This document shows, piece after piece, positions 23,601 through 35,400 of a stretch of DNA of 64,000 nt. This DNA comes from Monocercomonoides exilis PA203 (Eukaryota; Protista; Preaxostyla), in NCBI GenBank assembly GCA_001643675.2, contig LSRY02000017.1, forward strand, positions 558,001 through 622,000. The letters are read 5' to 3'. Positions within the stretch are counted from its first letter, which is position 1; every line of letters begins with the position of its first letter. The notes beneath the pieces were generated by a model, which saw nothing but the letters and a program-made list of their open reading frames with translations, had not been told where the DNA came from and ran no database searches. The position numbers and the translations under genes were made by a program.

Positions 23601-25396
23601 TGCCAGCACAAGTTGTTGATTCACTGCTTGATGTGTTCTTTGCCTCGTCCATCTCCATCGAAGACACAGTGAAGTTAGAACCAGGTGGAGAAGTTATTGA
23701 GAACATCGTTTTGGCTGCTGGCTGCGTTGCTGAAGGAGCAGAACAAGGAGGCAGAGAAGCAGCAGACAAGTTCGAGTGCATAAAATACGATCCGCTGAAG
23801 GAAGAGGAGTTGAACGGGTTGATCGGAGACGGGTTGCTCTGTGGGATAAACGACAGAAGCCCACCGTCGTTCGCCTTCCGCGGGTCATCATCGTCGCATT
23901 CTGAGTCCCGTGCGGGTGAAAGCGAGCGGCTTTTGGATGTTCGGCTGTGGAAGTGTCGAGGTGTGTGTGAAACAGATGCTGGTGGAGTCAGAAAAGAGGA
24001 AGGGACAGAGCCACAGAAAGGGTTGGGTGCATCGGTGCGGTCGTCACCGTCGATAGCGTCGCAAGTGCGAATTGGTTTTGGCTTAATGATGGCGACAGGA
24101 GAAGGAGTGGGGGAAAGAGAGAAGATCGAAGAGGAGTCGGAAGAAAGAGAGGAAGAAGAAGAAGAAGAAGATGATGATGACGAGGAGGATGACAAGAACT
24201 TTGAATCCGAATCGCGCAGTACAGAAAATGAATGAGAATGTTGTAGTGGATGTGGATGCTGTGTTTGAGGCTGAATGATCGAAGAAGAAGGATCAACATC
24301 CATTTTATTCGTGTTCTGCATATTTCCTTCTAACATTGTGTCGTTGAGTGCAAATAACGAAGGCGCGTTTGCTGTTTCGTGGGGATCTTCTTCCATCTCG
24401 TTTGCATTGCCACTTTTTCCTGTTCCATTGCTGCTGCTATTAGCGTGTTCGTGGAATGCAGAGTTCGGTGAATGAGCAATCGTTTCGTTCTTCCGCGAAT
24501 CGTGAGAGAGATGTGAAGCAGTCAATGATTGAGTCTGCTGCTGAAGTTGGCTTTGTTGTCTTCCTCCCACTGCCCCGCTGTTGTTTTCGCTTGTTTCATC
24601 GATCGACAGCATCGGCTGTGGCTGCAACATGTCCTGCTCACTGCCAAAGAGCGATGCAGATGCTGTTGGCGTGCTATTCGGATGGCGTGGTGATGATGTG
24701 TATGACTGTGAAAGAGAAGAAAGAGCAGAGGTGGAAGAAGAAGAAGAAGAAGAAGAAAAGAAAGGCCCGCTAAAACTGCTTTGAGCCGGTTGCCCTGGCG
24801 AGTTCGTCTTTGATGCTGGAGAGTCGCCAGCAGGTGCAGAAGTGTCAGAGATGGCGAGGTGGGACGACGGCGAGCTCGAATGTCTTCTTCTCCTGTGCAA
24901 ATGGAGGTGTGTTGGAAACACTGCGCCGAAGGAGCCGCGCTCGAGGTGCATAAGCAGCTTGCTCCTCATCGAGGAGTTGGAGGCTGTCTGGTGGCTGTCT
25001 GAGACTGGAGACACCGAACGCGACGGAAACGGCGGAGTGGCACGTGTCTTCGAACGGCGGTGGGCAGACGTCGCTTTGTGCTCTGTGCGAACAGGCAAGG
25101 GCGTCAGGAAGGAGTCGATCAGATGCTGAGAGAGGCGGAGTTTTGGTTTTGTGCCCCACAAGGGAAAAGCAGAGCGAGGGGGAGAAGTGGGTGGATCGGG
25201 CAAGATGGATGAGAGAGAAGAAGAAGAACAGGAAGAGGAGGAAGAAGATGATGATGATGAAGGCAAAGGAGGGTATGAAATATCAGGAAAATCAGAGGAT
25301 TCAGGCAAAGTGGATGAGAATTCTGGAATATGAGTAGATGTTGATATCAGAGATAACTGAGACAAAGACGAAGACGATGAAGAAGAAGAAGAAGAA

Positions 25397-25428
<32 letters not shown>

Positions 25429-28400
25429 AGAATTGAATAGTTGTGCTTTGAACAAGGAAGACGAAGGCGATGATGGTACAGGCGACGATGCTGGCCCAAC
25501 AGAAGCTCCGAACGGAACAGGAGAAATAGACTGTGTGTCTGAATTCAACGGAAACGTGCAATTTGCCGGCTGCACCAGAAAATCGTTGAATTTGATGGGG
25601 CTTTGCTGTCTGGACAGTTTGTGGCGAGGCAATTTGGGAGCAGAGGGAGGAGTAAAACTGACAAACGAGTCGGATGACGATGAGGCTCCAGCAGAAGAAG
25701 GATCCAACCTGCCAAAGCCCAGAGACTGTTGAGATCTGTCTGCGTCTCTCAGATTCTGCTGGTTTTGGAGAAGTTGAGGGCGTTGTGGAGGCAGTTGGGA
25801 CAAGGGCATGGAGAGTTCTTCGTCCATTGCTCCACTTTCTGAAGCTGATAATGAAGCTGACAATGAAGAAGAAGAAGAAGATGATGATGATGATGATGAA
25901 GCATTTTCTGCTGATCCCAATCCAACCAACGCCTCGTTCTGCATCGGAAACCGGAAGGAGTCGAAGAAATGGAGCGCAAACTGATGCGATGGTTCTGTGG
26001 GGAGTGAAGAAGTCGGGTCAATCTTCCTTTTTTTCTCGACTGGAATTATCTTCTCGATGCACTCGTCGGTAACAGTAGTGGCTGAGATGGAAGATAAAAG
26101 CTTGTTTATATTGGAGGAGTTGGCTGTTGGGATGTTTGTGTCTGTCTCCATACTAATGCTGTTATTATTGTTATTGATGCTGTTGTTTATAAGCACAGAC
26201 TGATTAATATTCATATTGTTTAAATTTCCCTGTCTTTTCTGCTTTTTTCTCGCATCGCTTGAGTTAATCTGATCCAGCAAAGACTCTTCCATATGCTCCA
26301 CAATCGCACTTGTTGTGAATGTGTAGGAGAAAGTCTTCAGTGTTGGGATGACTGACAGTGTCAGCGCAAACTCCTCGTTGCTGAAGGCGAAGCAGTCGAC
26401 AAGCTCCAGATGGCGCAAGGCAGTGAACACAGTGGCTGGCTGAGGGATGCTCGGATCAATCTGCACTTTGAGGCGGAAGGGGCGGGAAGAAGGAGATGAT
26501 GTGGAATGTGAAGAGAGAGAAGAAGAAGAAGAAGAGGAAGAGGAGGAGGAGGAGGAGGAGGAACATGTGGAAGAGGAAGAGGAGGAAGAAGAAGTATGAA
26601 ATAGAGGTTGTGAAATGGGATCAGATGGTGTTTGTAACGAAGAAAATGATGATGATGACGATGATGATGATGAAAATGGCGCAGATGAGCCTGAAATGGA
26701 AGCAGCCGCCATTCCAAGCAGCGAATAATGCATCGACTGGCTCAAAGACGAGTTCTGAGTGAAATTCGGCAGAATGTTCGCATCTGCGCTGAGCAAATCG
26801 GTGTTGTATGGATATAGCGATGTAGAGTCTTGTGAAGTGGGGCATGGGAAAAAAGGGTGGGAGAACATGGGAATAGAAGAAGAAAGTGACATCAATGAAG
26901 AAGAGGATGAGGAAGAAGATGATGCTGAAGAAGAAGAAGATGATGATGATGATGATGATTCATCAAATGGCAGAAGCGATACAAAAGGGAGTGAAGACGT
27001 GTGTGTGCTTGTGAGTGCATATCTGTCCAATCTGTTTAGAACAGCCATCGAGCGCGGTGACAGGTCGAATATCGATGCCGATCGCACTGGCGACTCGTTA
27101 AACGAGTTCTGTCTCATCTGCCTCAATGGAAACAGCTCCAGTGCCTGTGAGTCCTGCTGCATAAACCCAGCCTTTGACGAGGCAGTCAACGAGGCAGTTG
27201 AAGGCACCGTTGAGAGAGAAGAGAGAGAGGTGAGAGAAGGGCGGTGCTTTGAGCGGTCTGCGTTGCGGCGTTTGGGGGGCAGTCGGACAGGAGGAGGAGA
27301 TTGGCTGATGTAATCGGGTGGAGTGGGAGGCACAGAGAGGGCGAGGTCTGAACAGGAAAGAGTGGAAGAGCGGGAATGCGACGAGGAAGAGGAAGAAGTC
27401 GATGAAGAAGACGAGGTTGAGCCGATTGTGGAGTTCAAGTCGAGGGAAGGCGATGTGTTGCGGGAGGCAGGGAAAGTTGGAGAGACGGCGAATGAAATGT
27501 GCTTGCTGCTGTGCCGTGTGGGTGTAGGCGTAGGTGTGCTGCGCGCAGACGATTTATGCATCCGCGGCAGGCTTTCGGGCCGCTGCGAAGACGAATGCGG
27601 AGACAGGAAGAAAGAAGGAGGCCTTTGAGAAGAAGAAGAGGAAGAGGAAGAAGAGGAGGAGGAGGTAGCAGTGGTTGTTGTGTATGTGTGGTGGTTGAGC
27701 TGCTGAAGAGGGAGTGGGTCAGAGGAATGCTGATGTGAATGTGATGCTGGTTTTCCTGTGGCTGTATCAGAAAAGGGAGAAAAGTTGAAGACGGCGCCAG
27801 ACGAAGTGGGTGGTGATGGGCAGCCGTAGCCAGGAAGAGGAGCAGCGGCGGAATTAGACTCAGAATTGAACGGAGCTGAAGAAGAAGAAGAAGAAGAGGA
27901 GGAGGAAGAGGAGGAAGAAGAAGAAGAGGGAACAAAGGAGAAAGATGAATCGCCTGTGGGAGAAGGAGAGAGGCGAGGGGGAGGAGGAGGAAACGGAGGG
28001 ATGTTTGAGAGAGAGGCGGAAGAAGCAGCAGCAGAGCTGGTGCCAAAGGCAGGTGAATGAGAAGGAGTGGGCGAGTGCGAAGGGAGGGATATGAGCTGTG
28101 CAGAGGGCGAGGTGGTGGGTGAAATGGAAGATGTGGCTGAAGGAGGGAAAGGGTCGGTGGAAGGGTAAGAAGAAGGAGCGGCTGTGGGAAGGCTGGAGCT
28201 GGATGATGTGAGTGTTGGTGCTGTTGTGGAGTAGTTGAGGAAGAAGAAGGAAGAAGAGGGTACATATTGATTCGATGGGAAGGTAACATTAGCAGAAGAA
28301 GAAGAAGCAGAAGAAGAAGAAGAAGAAGAAAATGATGGTGTTGTTGTTAATGATGAAGATGATGATGATAATGATTGGACATTCGAAGGTTGCGAAAGAG

Positions 28401-30949
28401 TAGAAAACTGTTCAGAAGCGAAAGGAGATCTCTGAGCAAGTGAGTTGGAGAAGACATTGTTGTTGGAAGTATTGTCAAACGCCATCTGCGATTGTGATTG
28501 CAATTGTGATTGAAGATGCATCTGCTGTTGCTGCTGCTGTTGGCTCTGCAGTCCAGGAAAGAGAAGATTATTCTGCTCTTTCTCCTTCTCCTTTTCTTCC
28601 TTTCTTCTTCGTTTATTCAGCTGTTGCTGTTTTTCCTTCTCCTTTTCCTTCTCCTTCCCTCTCGCTGAGTCCCTTCTCCTTATCCTCATCAGCTCGTCTT
28701 CATCGTCGGCGGTGCGGATGAGCGATCGCACGTGGCGGCACCCGTTCAGCACCAGCCGCTTCAGGTTTGTGCACACTTTGCCCAAAAGCACAACAGAACG
28801 GGAGGTGAGGCGGTCTTGTTCCGAGCCAGCGGGTGCGATGGAGAGGTATTCGAGGCATTTGGAGAGCGAAGAGCCGATCAGCGTGACGAGGTCGTCGGTC
28901 ACCACAAGCGACGGGCAGAGGGCGAGAGAGACGCTGGTGATGTTTGACGGGATGGTGGTGACGATCCGGTGGAGGTAGGAAGAAGAAGGAAGGCAGCGGT
29001 GCGAAAGATGAGGAGGAGGGAACATCGGGTTGGTGGGGATGCCTGGGAGATGGGGGGAAGGAGATGATGGAGAAGGATTCGCAGTGAAGAATGAAGAAGT
29101 GGCAGTTGCAGGAAAAGAAGAAGAAGAAGAAGAAGACAAAGACGATAATGAGGACAAAGAGGATAAAGAAGAAGAGCCCGGAAAAGCGAGCGACTGTTGA
29201 GGGAAGTGGTGGGCGACGATTTCAGACGCGGAGAGTGGAATGGCAGAGATGACCGACCAGGCGAGCGGCTGGTGCATTGAGTGGATGAGCGCCGCAGTGG
29301 GCTGCAGAACGGTGTCTGTTGGGAGCGTTTGGAAGGCAGCGAGTGGGTCAGCACTCAGGGCGTGGCGATGTTCGCAGAGTGACTCGCGGCAGAAGAGCTC
29401 GAAGGAGCGCAGCGTGCGGGGAAGCGCCCGGACGAAGATTTTGGTGAAGTTGATCAGCTCGTCGGGGAAAGGAGACGGCGCGGTGCAGGCAGAAGGAGGG
29501 GACAGTGGAGAAAGCTGGTGGATGCTATTGCTGTTATTGCTGTTATTGTTTATAATGCTGCTGCTGCTGCTTCGGCTCTGGGAGATCCACATAGACAAAG
29601 GAAGGATCGACAGCAGAGACGATGGCGGGTCGGAACTTGCAGCGTCTTGTGCTGTCAATGATGATGACGCTAATGAAGATGATGACGAAGACAGCGAAGA
29701 TGCAACGTATTCATGCACCTCATCCATCTCTCCACCTAACTGCTCGCTGTGCTGTCTTGCTCTTCCTTCGTTGCGGCGGAGGAGCTGAGGCACGTATCGC
29801 TCAATGACCCGTCGCTGGATCGTGAGGCAGTCGGTGGGGATGGAGAGCGAGCCAAGCGCCGGGTACAGCGGGAACAGCGAGAGAAGAGGGAGAAGTGGGT
29901 GGCACTTCATTAGATACTGCTGACTCACTGGCAGTTCTGCTATTGATGCTGAAGAAGATGAATGAAGCAAGTCTCCGAAAGAAAGAGAAGATGAATTGCT
30001 GCTTGCCAGTTGCAGTGTCTGTCTTTGCAGAAGCTCCATTTCACTTTGAAATGTCGGGCCTATCTGCCGCGGAGGCGGAGATGAAGAAGGAGATGTGCTT
30101 GTTTGCCGAATGGGTTTTGGGCTGCTTGATAAAGATTTTTGTTTGTGGTTGTTAACTTTAAGAGGGAAGAAGAGTGTTGAAGGAGTAGGCGGTAGCTTCC
30201 ACCACTTCAGTGAAGAGGGAGACCAGCAAATATTTAACGTCTGAGATGGAAGCTGCTCATTATCGCTATCTTCCGTTGTATTATGATCGTCTTGAAAAGA
30301 ATCTGAAAGAGAAGGTTCCAAAGCTTTGTATTCAGAGTTAGAATGATTAATATCAAATGGAGAAATTGAGAGTTGTTGACAGGCCTGCGCCTGTTCTAAG
30401 AAATCTTCTTTTGCTATTACGGCTTTGAGTTCTTTAATGGGAAGTATCCCCGGGCACTGTCCCTCGAGGCACTGAGCAGAAGACATGGTTCCACAATCAT
30501 ATGTTTTGAAATAACGATATATGCATTGGCGACAAAATGCATGTCCGCACGAAAATGTTATTTCTGTTGCGCAATAAGTTACACATTTAATTAAATTTCC
30601 AAATTTCGTAAAATGAAAGCAAACTCTGTGGAGCTTCTCGAACTGAATAACACATTAAACAAAGAAAAAATGATGAGCGAAAGGGCAATGTGCAGCCAAC
30701 GTCCCCATGAGGTATTGGTAAGATATTTGCTACCATTAACACCTCTTCAACTTGCGAAAAATTTGTTGGTGATTGTGGAGGCTTACATGGACTAAAATTT
30801 ATTCCATCAAACAAATTGTAAAAAAACAGAGATTATGTTTATCATTCAAGAAAAATAAATGCAAATCGAATAGAAATGAATTTATACTTCAATTGTTTAA
30901 GAGTATCGAGCACTTGACGAAAATTTGATGAAACCATTTCATTTGCCAT
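17671..30949 (-). CDS. ~4,340-aa protein: N-terminal C3HC4 RING, possible F-box-like segment, cysteine-containing (FBXL/AMN1-type) LRRs split by huge Ser-rich inserts; exons 30949-30888, 30791-30625, 30563-18254, 18163-17671
   Basis: Splicing upstream of the 4,271-aa ORF gives CLMC-x13-CGHAFCRQC...CLEGQC. LRR motifs: VTDDLVTLIG, CTNLKRLVLNGCRHV, LRHLELVDCFAFSN, LKRVELSGGSRITDNGVRLFARCCKKLKIIDLSCSLVS, LQKLDVSFCPSL. Confidence 0.82.
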
Positions 30950-31305
30950 GGTGAACAAGATGCTCTTTTAACTTTACAAAATACGATTAATATATTGCAA
31001 AGAGCTGTGCTATATGAACCCCTTTCGTCGACTCCTTATAATACCTTGAAAAAACGCTCGTAAATTTATTGACTTGAATTTTGATCCAATTATGGTATCA
31101 TCACTCAAAAAAATATGATTATTAATCAATAAGACATTCATTTACTAGTTTTAACGTGAAAATTCCCCAAAACATTAAAAGTGTTTGAACTCTCTTAAAG
31201 AAAGTCAGGGAATGAAACAAAAATGAAAATGAGATGATAAAACATAAAAAATAAATCTCTTCAAATCAATTTTCAGATAATAAACGAAGAGAAGTGGAAA
31301 GAAAT

Positions 31306-31786
31306 TTATTTTTGTGATTTTTTGACCTGATTAATGATACCAAGAATTAGCAAAACCAAAATAGCAACTACAAGAAGTCCGATGATTGAGAAAATGATAA
31401 TCTTGTTTGTAACTGCTCGCTTAAACATATTTCGCAAGCTTCTGTTACCCTCATCAAGACCATCATGAACTTTATCCGTCTAAAAATACAGATTGGATAT
31501 TTTTAAAAAGTTTTTAAAAAATAAAACAAACATTATCCTCAATATCATTAAGAATTTCGCGATGTTGCGCTAATGTTTGGGCTTGTTGGTTTTGATTTTG
31601 TGAAATCTCACTTTAAAACATAATAATTGAATTTTATTATCCATCAAACAAAAAAGCAAACTCTACTTCGCCAGCGACTTGGTCCAAAATCCCTGAGCCA
31701 GCTACACCAGCATGATATCCTCTAACCAAATCTTTTCGGCCAGGATCAATATCTTCAGGGGCAGAATATCTCGAGTTGTAAGACAT
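31306..31786 (-). CDS. VTI1: Vti1-like Qb-SNARE, ~125 aa, tail-anchored; exons 31786-31662, 31610-31532, 31479-31306 (absent from the ORF track)
   Basis: Spliced protein has TLAQHREILNDIEDNTDKVHDGLDEGNRSLRNMFKRAVTNK followed by IIIFSIIGLLVVAILVLLILGII. This is the Qb-SNARE pattern LxxMxxRxxxNK plus a C-terminal TM helix. Confidence 0.78.
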
Positions 31787-32202
31787 AACGATTTTATGGT
31801 ATTGGATCAATATTGATCCATTCCCTATGTTATTTTAGTGTTTTTGATATATTAATTCTGGATTCATCATGATTTTTTCTTTTTGTAATAATTATATTTT
31901 CATTGTATATAAATAAAAGTGTTTATATTTCTTTGTTCAACAGTTAAAAATAATATTGCAAAACCAAAATCATAATCATATTTTTTTTTTTATTCTGGAA
32001 ATGTTGAAGATTACAGATGAACAAAGTTTTATATTTTTGCTATATGTTTGATTTTTTTATTATAAAAAGGAATGTCTTTCAAAGGATTTCAATCTTTTTT
32101 CCTTTCAAAATAGTCCACGTGCCTGAATGACAATTTGCATTTTTGTTCCGTGTAACTTCATAATCGAGCGGTTTATGAAAATCTCAACGTTTATCATGTT
32201 GA

Positions 32203-32228
32203 TTTTTTTTTTTTTTTTTTTTTTTTTT
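32203..32228. repeat. 26-nt poly(T) homopolymer
   Basis: T run about 240 nt past the CAP-G stop codon. Confidence 0.85.
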
Positions 32229-32468
32229 GAAATACAGATAACTTTTTTCATAACTTTATTTTTTTATATGTTTATAAGTTTTGAAATACAAAAACATCAA
32301 TGTGAAATGCGAAGTGCAAATTTCTGAAATGGGAAATTTTAGCTGTGTGAATGAATTTAATAGCATTGGATTAAAAAGTGCTAAAAGAAATGATAATCAT
32401 TTTCATTGTCGCTTTAACTATCATATTCAAAAACGATGATGAAATGTTTTTTGGGTTGAAATCAACGT

Positions 32469-35400
32469 TTACCGTGAATTTCTCTTCTTTTCCATTGAAA
32501 GTCGATTAATTTCTTCGCCTATGCTGTTTAGAATACTCTTTGTGATGTCTTCTTCGTCTTCCTTGTCTCCTTCCGCTTCTTCTTTTCTGTCATCTTCTTC
32601 TTCATGAGACAATTCCTCTTCATCGCTCGAAGACTCGCCAGCATCGTGCTCATCTATGCTGTCATTCAAATCCTCTTCGTCGATGCTGCTGTCGTCTTCA
32701 TCACTATCGCTGCTTGCTTCAAATTCCGACTCATCTTCTGATTCAGAATCTTCATATCTTCTCCTTCTCCTTTTCTGGCCTTTATTTCCTTTTTTGTTAT
32801 TTTTCTGGCTTTTGGCTGAATTGCCATTTCCTCTCCTTTGATCGTTCTTATCTTTAACTCTCTTTGTTTTGGCTGGTAGTTCGTCTTCTCCTCCTTCGTC
32901 TGACTCTTCCATTGCTAATTCTGAGCGTTCTTCTTGTTTCTTTTGACGAATGTTTTTCGCCACTTCTGATTCACCCTTTTTAATATTTGGCTTTCTCTTT
33001 CTTTTTTGCTTCGATCCTTCGTCTGATTTGTTTGCCTCATAATCGTCTGAAAACTCGTCTTTAACTTGTGCTTCGTCATCAAATTGCCGATTCTTGTGCT
33101 TATTTGAGTAATTCCAGACTTCATAATAAGCTTCCATCCACCACTCGTGCATTTGTGATGTATGGAAAGTTATTCTCTCTTCAAGACACATTCTTTCGAG
33201 TTCAAAAATAGTCAGATCAGATTCCTCTTCTTTGTCTTCTTCCTGTCCTTCTGCTTTTTCTGTTTCCGAATCAGTCTTTTTATCTTCTTTTGCATTGTTT
33301 CCTCCTCTTATTGCTTTGCCTGTTGCAAGGAAGTACTTCAATTGGCATGCAGGTGTGCATCCCTGTTCTTCCTTCATTTCCTCTGTGATCTTCGTGCTGT
33401 CGCCGATATATTCCAGTCCAATCGAGTTCAGCCAATTTCGCCAAGTGCGCTGAAGCTGGAAATCTCCTTCCAGTTGGTTCGAAATCTTCCTCATCAAAAG
33501 TAATAGCTCTGTAAAGAAGATACACTCGCTTGTAATAAGATCACTTTCCCGATAGTTGTTGCTCTTCTTTTGCTTCAGCATTTTCGAAAATTTAATCAAA
33601 TTGGGGGTCTGATAAAACTTTAGTGTTGGAATAAATAGCTTCATTATTTGGATTAAAGGTGAACTCTTCTTTCTTCCTCGTAAATCTCGATTCTGTTTAC
33701 CGCCTCTTTTTGAAGCAGACTGATTTTTCTTCCTTGATGATGCTTTAGCTCCTCGTTTGCCAAAGTTGTCTTCATCTTCTTCATCGTCGCTGTATTCATC
33801 ATCTTCATCGCTTTCATCGTCTGGATCTCTCTTTAGATAAGCAACACTCCTATTTGCACTCACTGCATCCAACAGAGCTCGATAAAGCATTCGCTCGTGG
33901 CTGTTTGGCTGAGAAACAGTCAACTTTTGCGTTGTGTCTGTTTTGTCTTGTAGTGGTTGGTCATCTTCATCCATTTTGATCTTCAATTCTTCAAATTCAG
34001 AATCTGATTCAATATCCTCTTCTTCATTCTTTTTGTTTGACGATTTCCCATTTTTCTTGCTTTGTGCTTTGGATTTTGAATTTGCTTTGGCTTTGGCTTT
34101 GGATTTCGCTTTAGCTTTCGCTTTCGCTTTGACTTTTGCGGTAACTGATGAATTAGTTGTTTTATTCGTTGATTCTTCTGTTTTATCGTTTTGAGGCTCT
34201 TCATTGTCATTCTCTTTTTCTTTCTCTTTCTCGTTATCTTCATCCATTTCCATTTTATCTTGCTCGTCTTCATTGTGTTCTTTTTCTTTCTCTACCCCTT
34301 CTTTCTCGCTATCTTTTTCAATAGATCTTTCGCCATCATCAGTTATTTGCAGTAAAAATAGTGTTATCTTACTAAAATCTGCCTCCCGCAGCTCGCTGTG
34401 TTCTGAAGACATTGCAATCGATCTCAGCAACAATGAAAAGCTCAAAATAATAACCTCCACTGGATCTTGCATCCAGCATGGCTGTACATGTACTTTAGAT
34501 AAATGCTTCAGATTAGCTTTGCTTATAACAGTTGGTTGGTTGAATGATGAGGCTTGTGAGGAAGAACGAGATGCGCTTGCCGTATTCGATGCTGTTGATG
34601 CAGTTGAGCCACTTTCTCTGTTCAAAGACTGTTCAATGTATTGCCTAATTCCATTGTAAGTGCATGTAGAATCTTGAATTCCAACTTCCATTGATTCGAG
34701 GAAGTCACTCTGATTGCTTTCTGACAGATTTTTTGCTTCTCTTCTGAATTTCATCTTTTTTGCCCTGTCTTTTTCGGTCAAGACAACCAACCTTTTAATC
34801 ACAATGGACATCCCCACAAACAATATTTGCCTCACTTTGTCCATTTCTGTTGTTGATGGATGGAACAAGCACACAAGCAATTGACTTAGCAGTGCAGCAT
34901 ATCCAGTGGCTGCGCAGAGTTTTGACGAAGAAAGCAAAGCGATCGATGCAGAATGAGGTGACAATGGAGGAGGCAAGGATAGTTCGTTGTTATGAACTGC
35001 CATTGGAGATTCCTCCATCACTTTCGATTCATACGGCGTTGTTATGCTTGAACTAACATTTCGTTCCAAGCTCGGCGTCTTCAACTCAAATGCTGAACCA
35101 AGCGAGCGTGTGATAAGCATCTGCGTTGATGGGATATGTCCATCATATGTTGGCCATTGAGATGACAAGCCATGGAAGCCATCTGAATGATCATGTGATT
35201 GCTGAGATAATGTGTCGTCTTTCTCTTCATCTGCATCACCTTCTCTGTTGTCTTCATTCTTTTCATCATCTCCGTTGTTATCCTTTTCTTCTGTTTTTTC
35301 TTCTTCCTCTTCGTTTTCATCAGATTCCACTTTCTCAAAAACAAAACCTATTCTTCCTGTTGCCAACAGCTTGACCAGCCCTTCCACTGCACATTCAACT

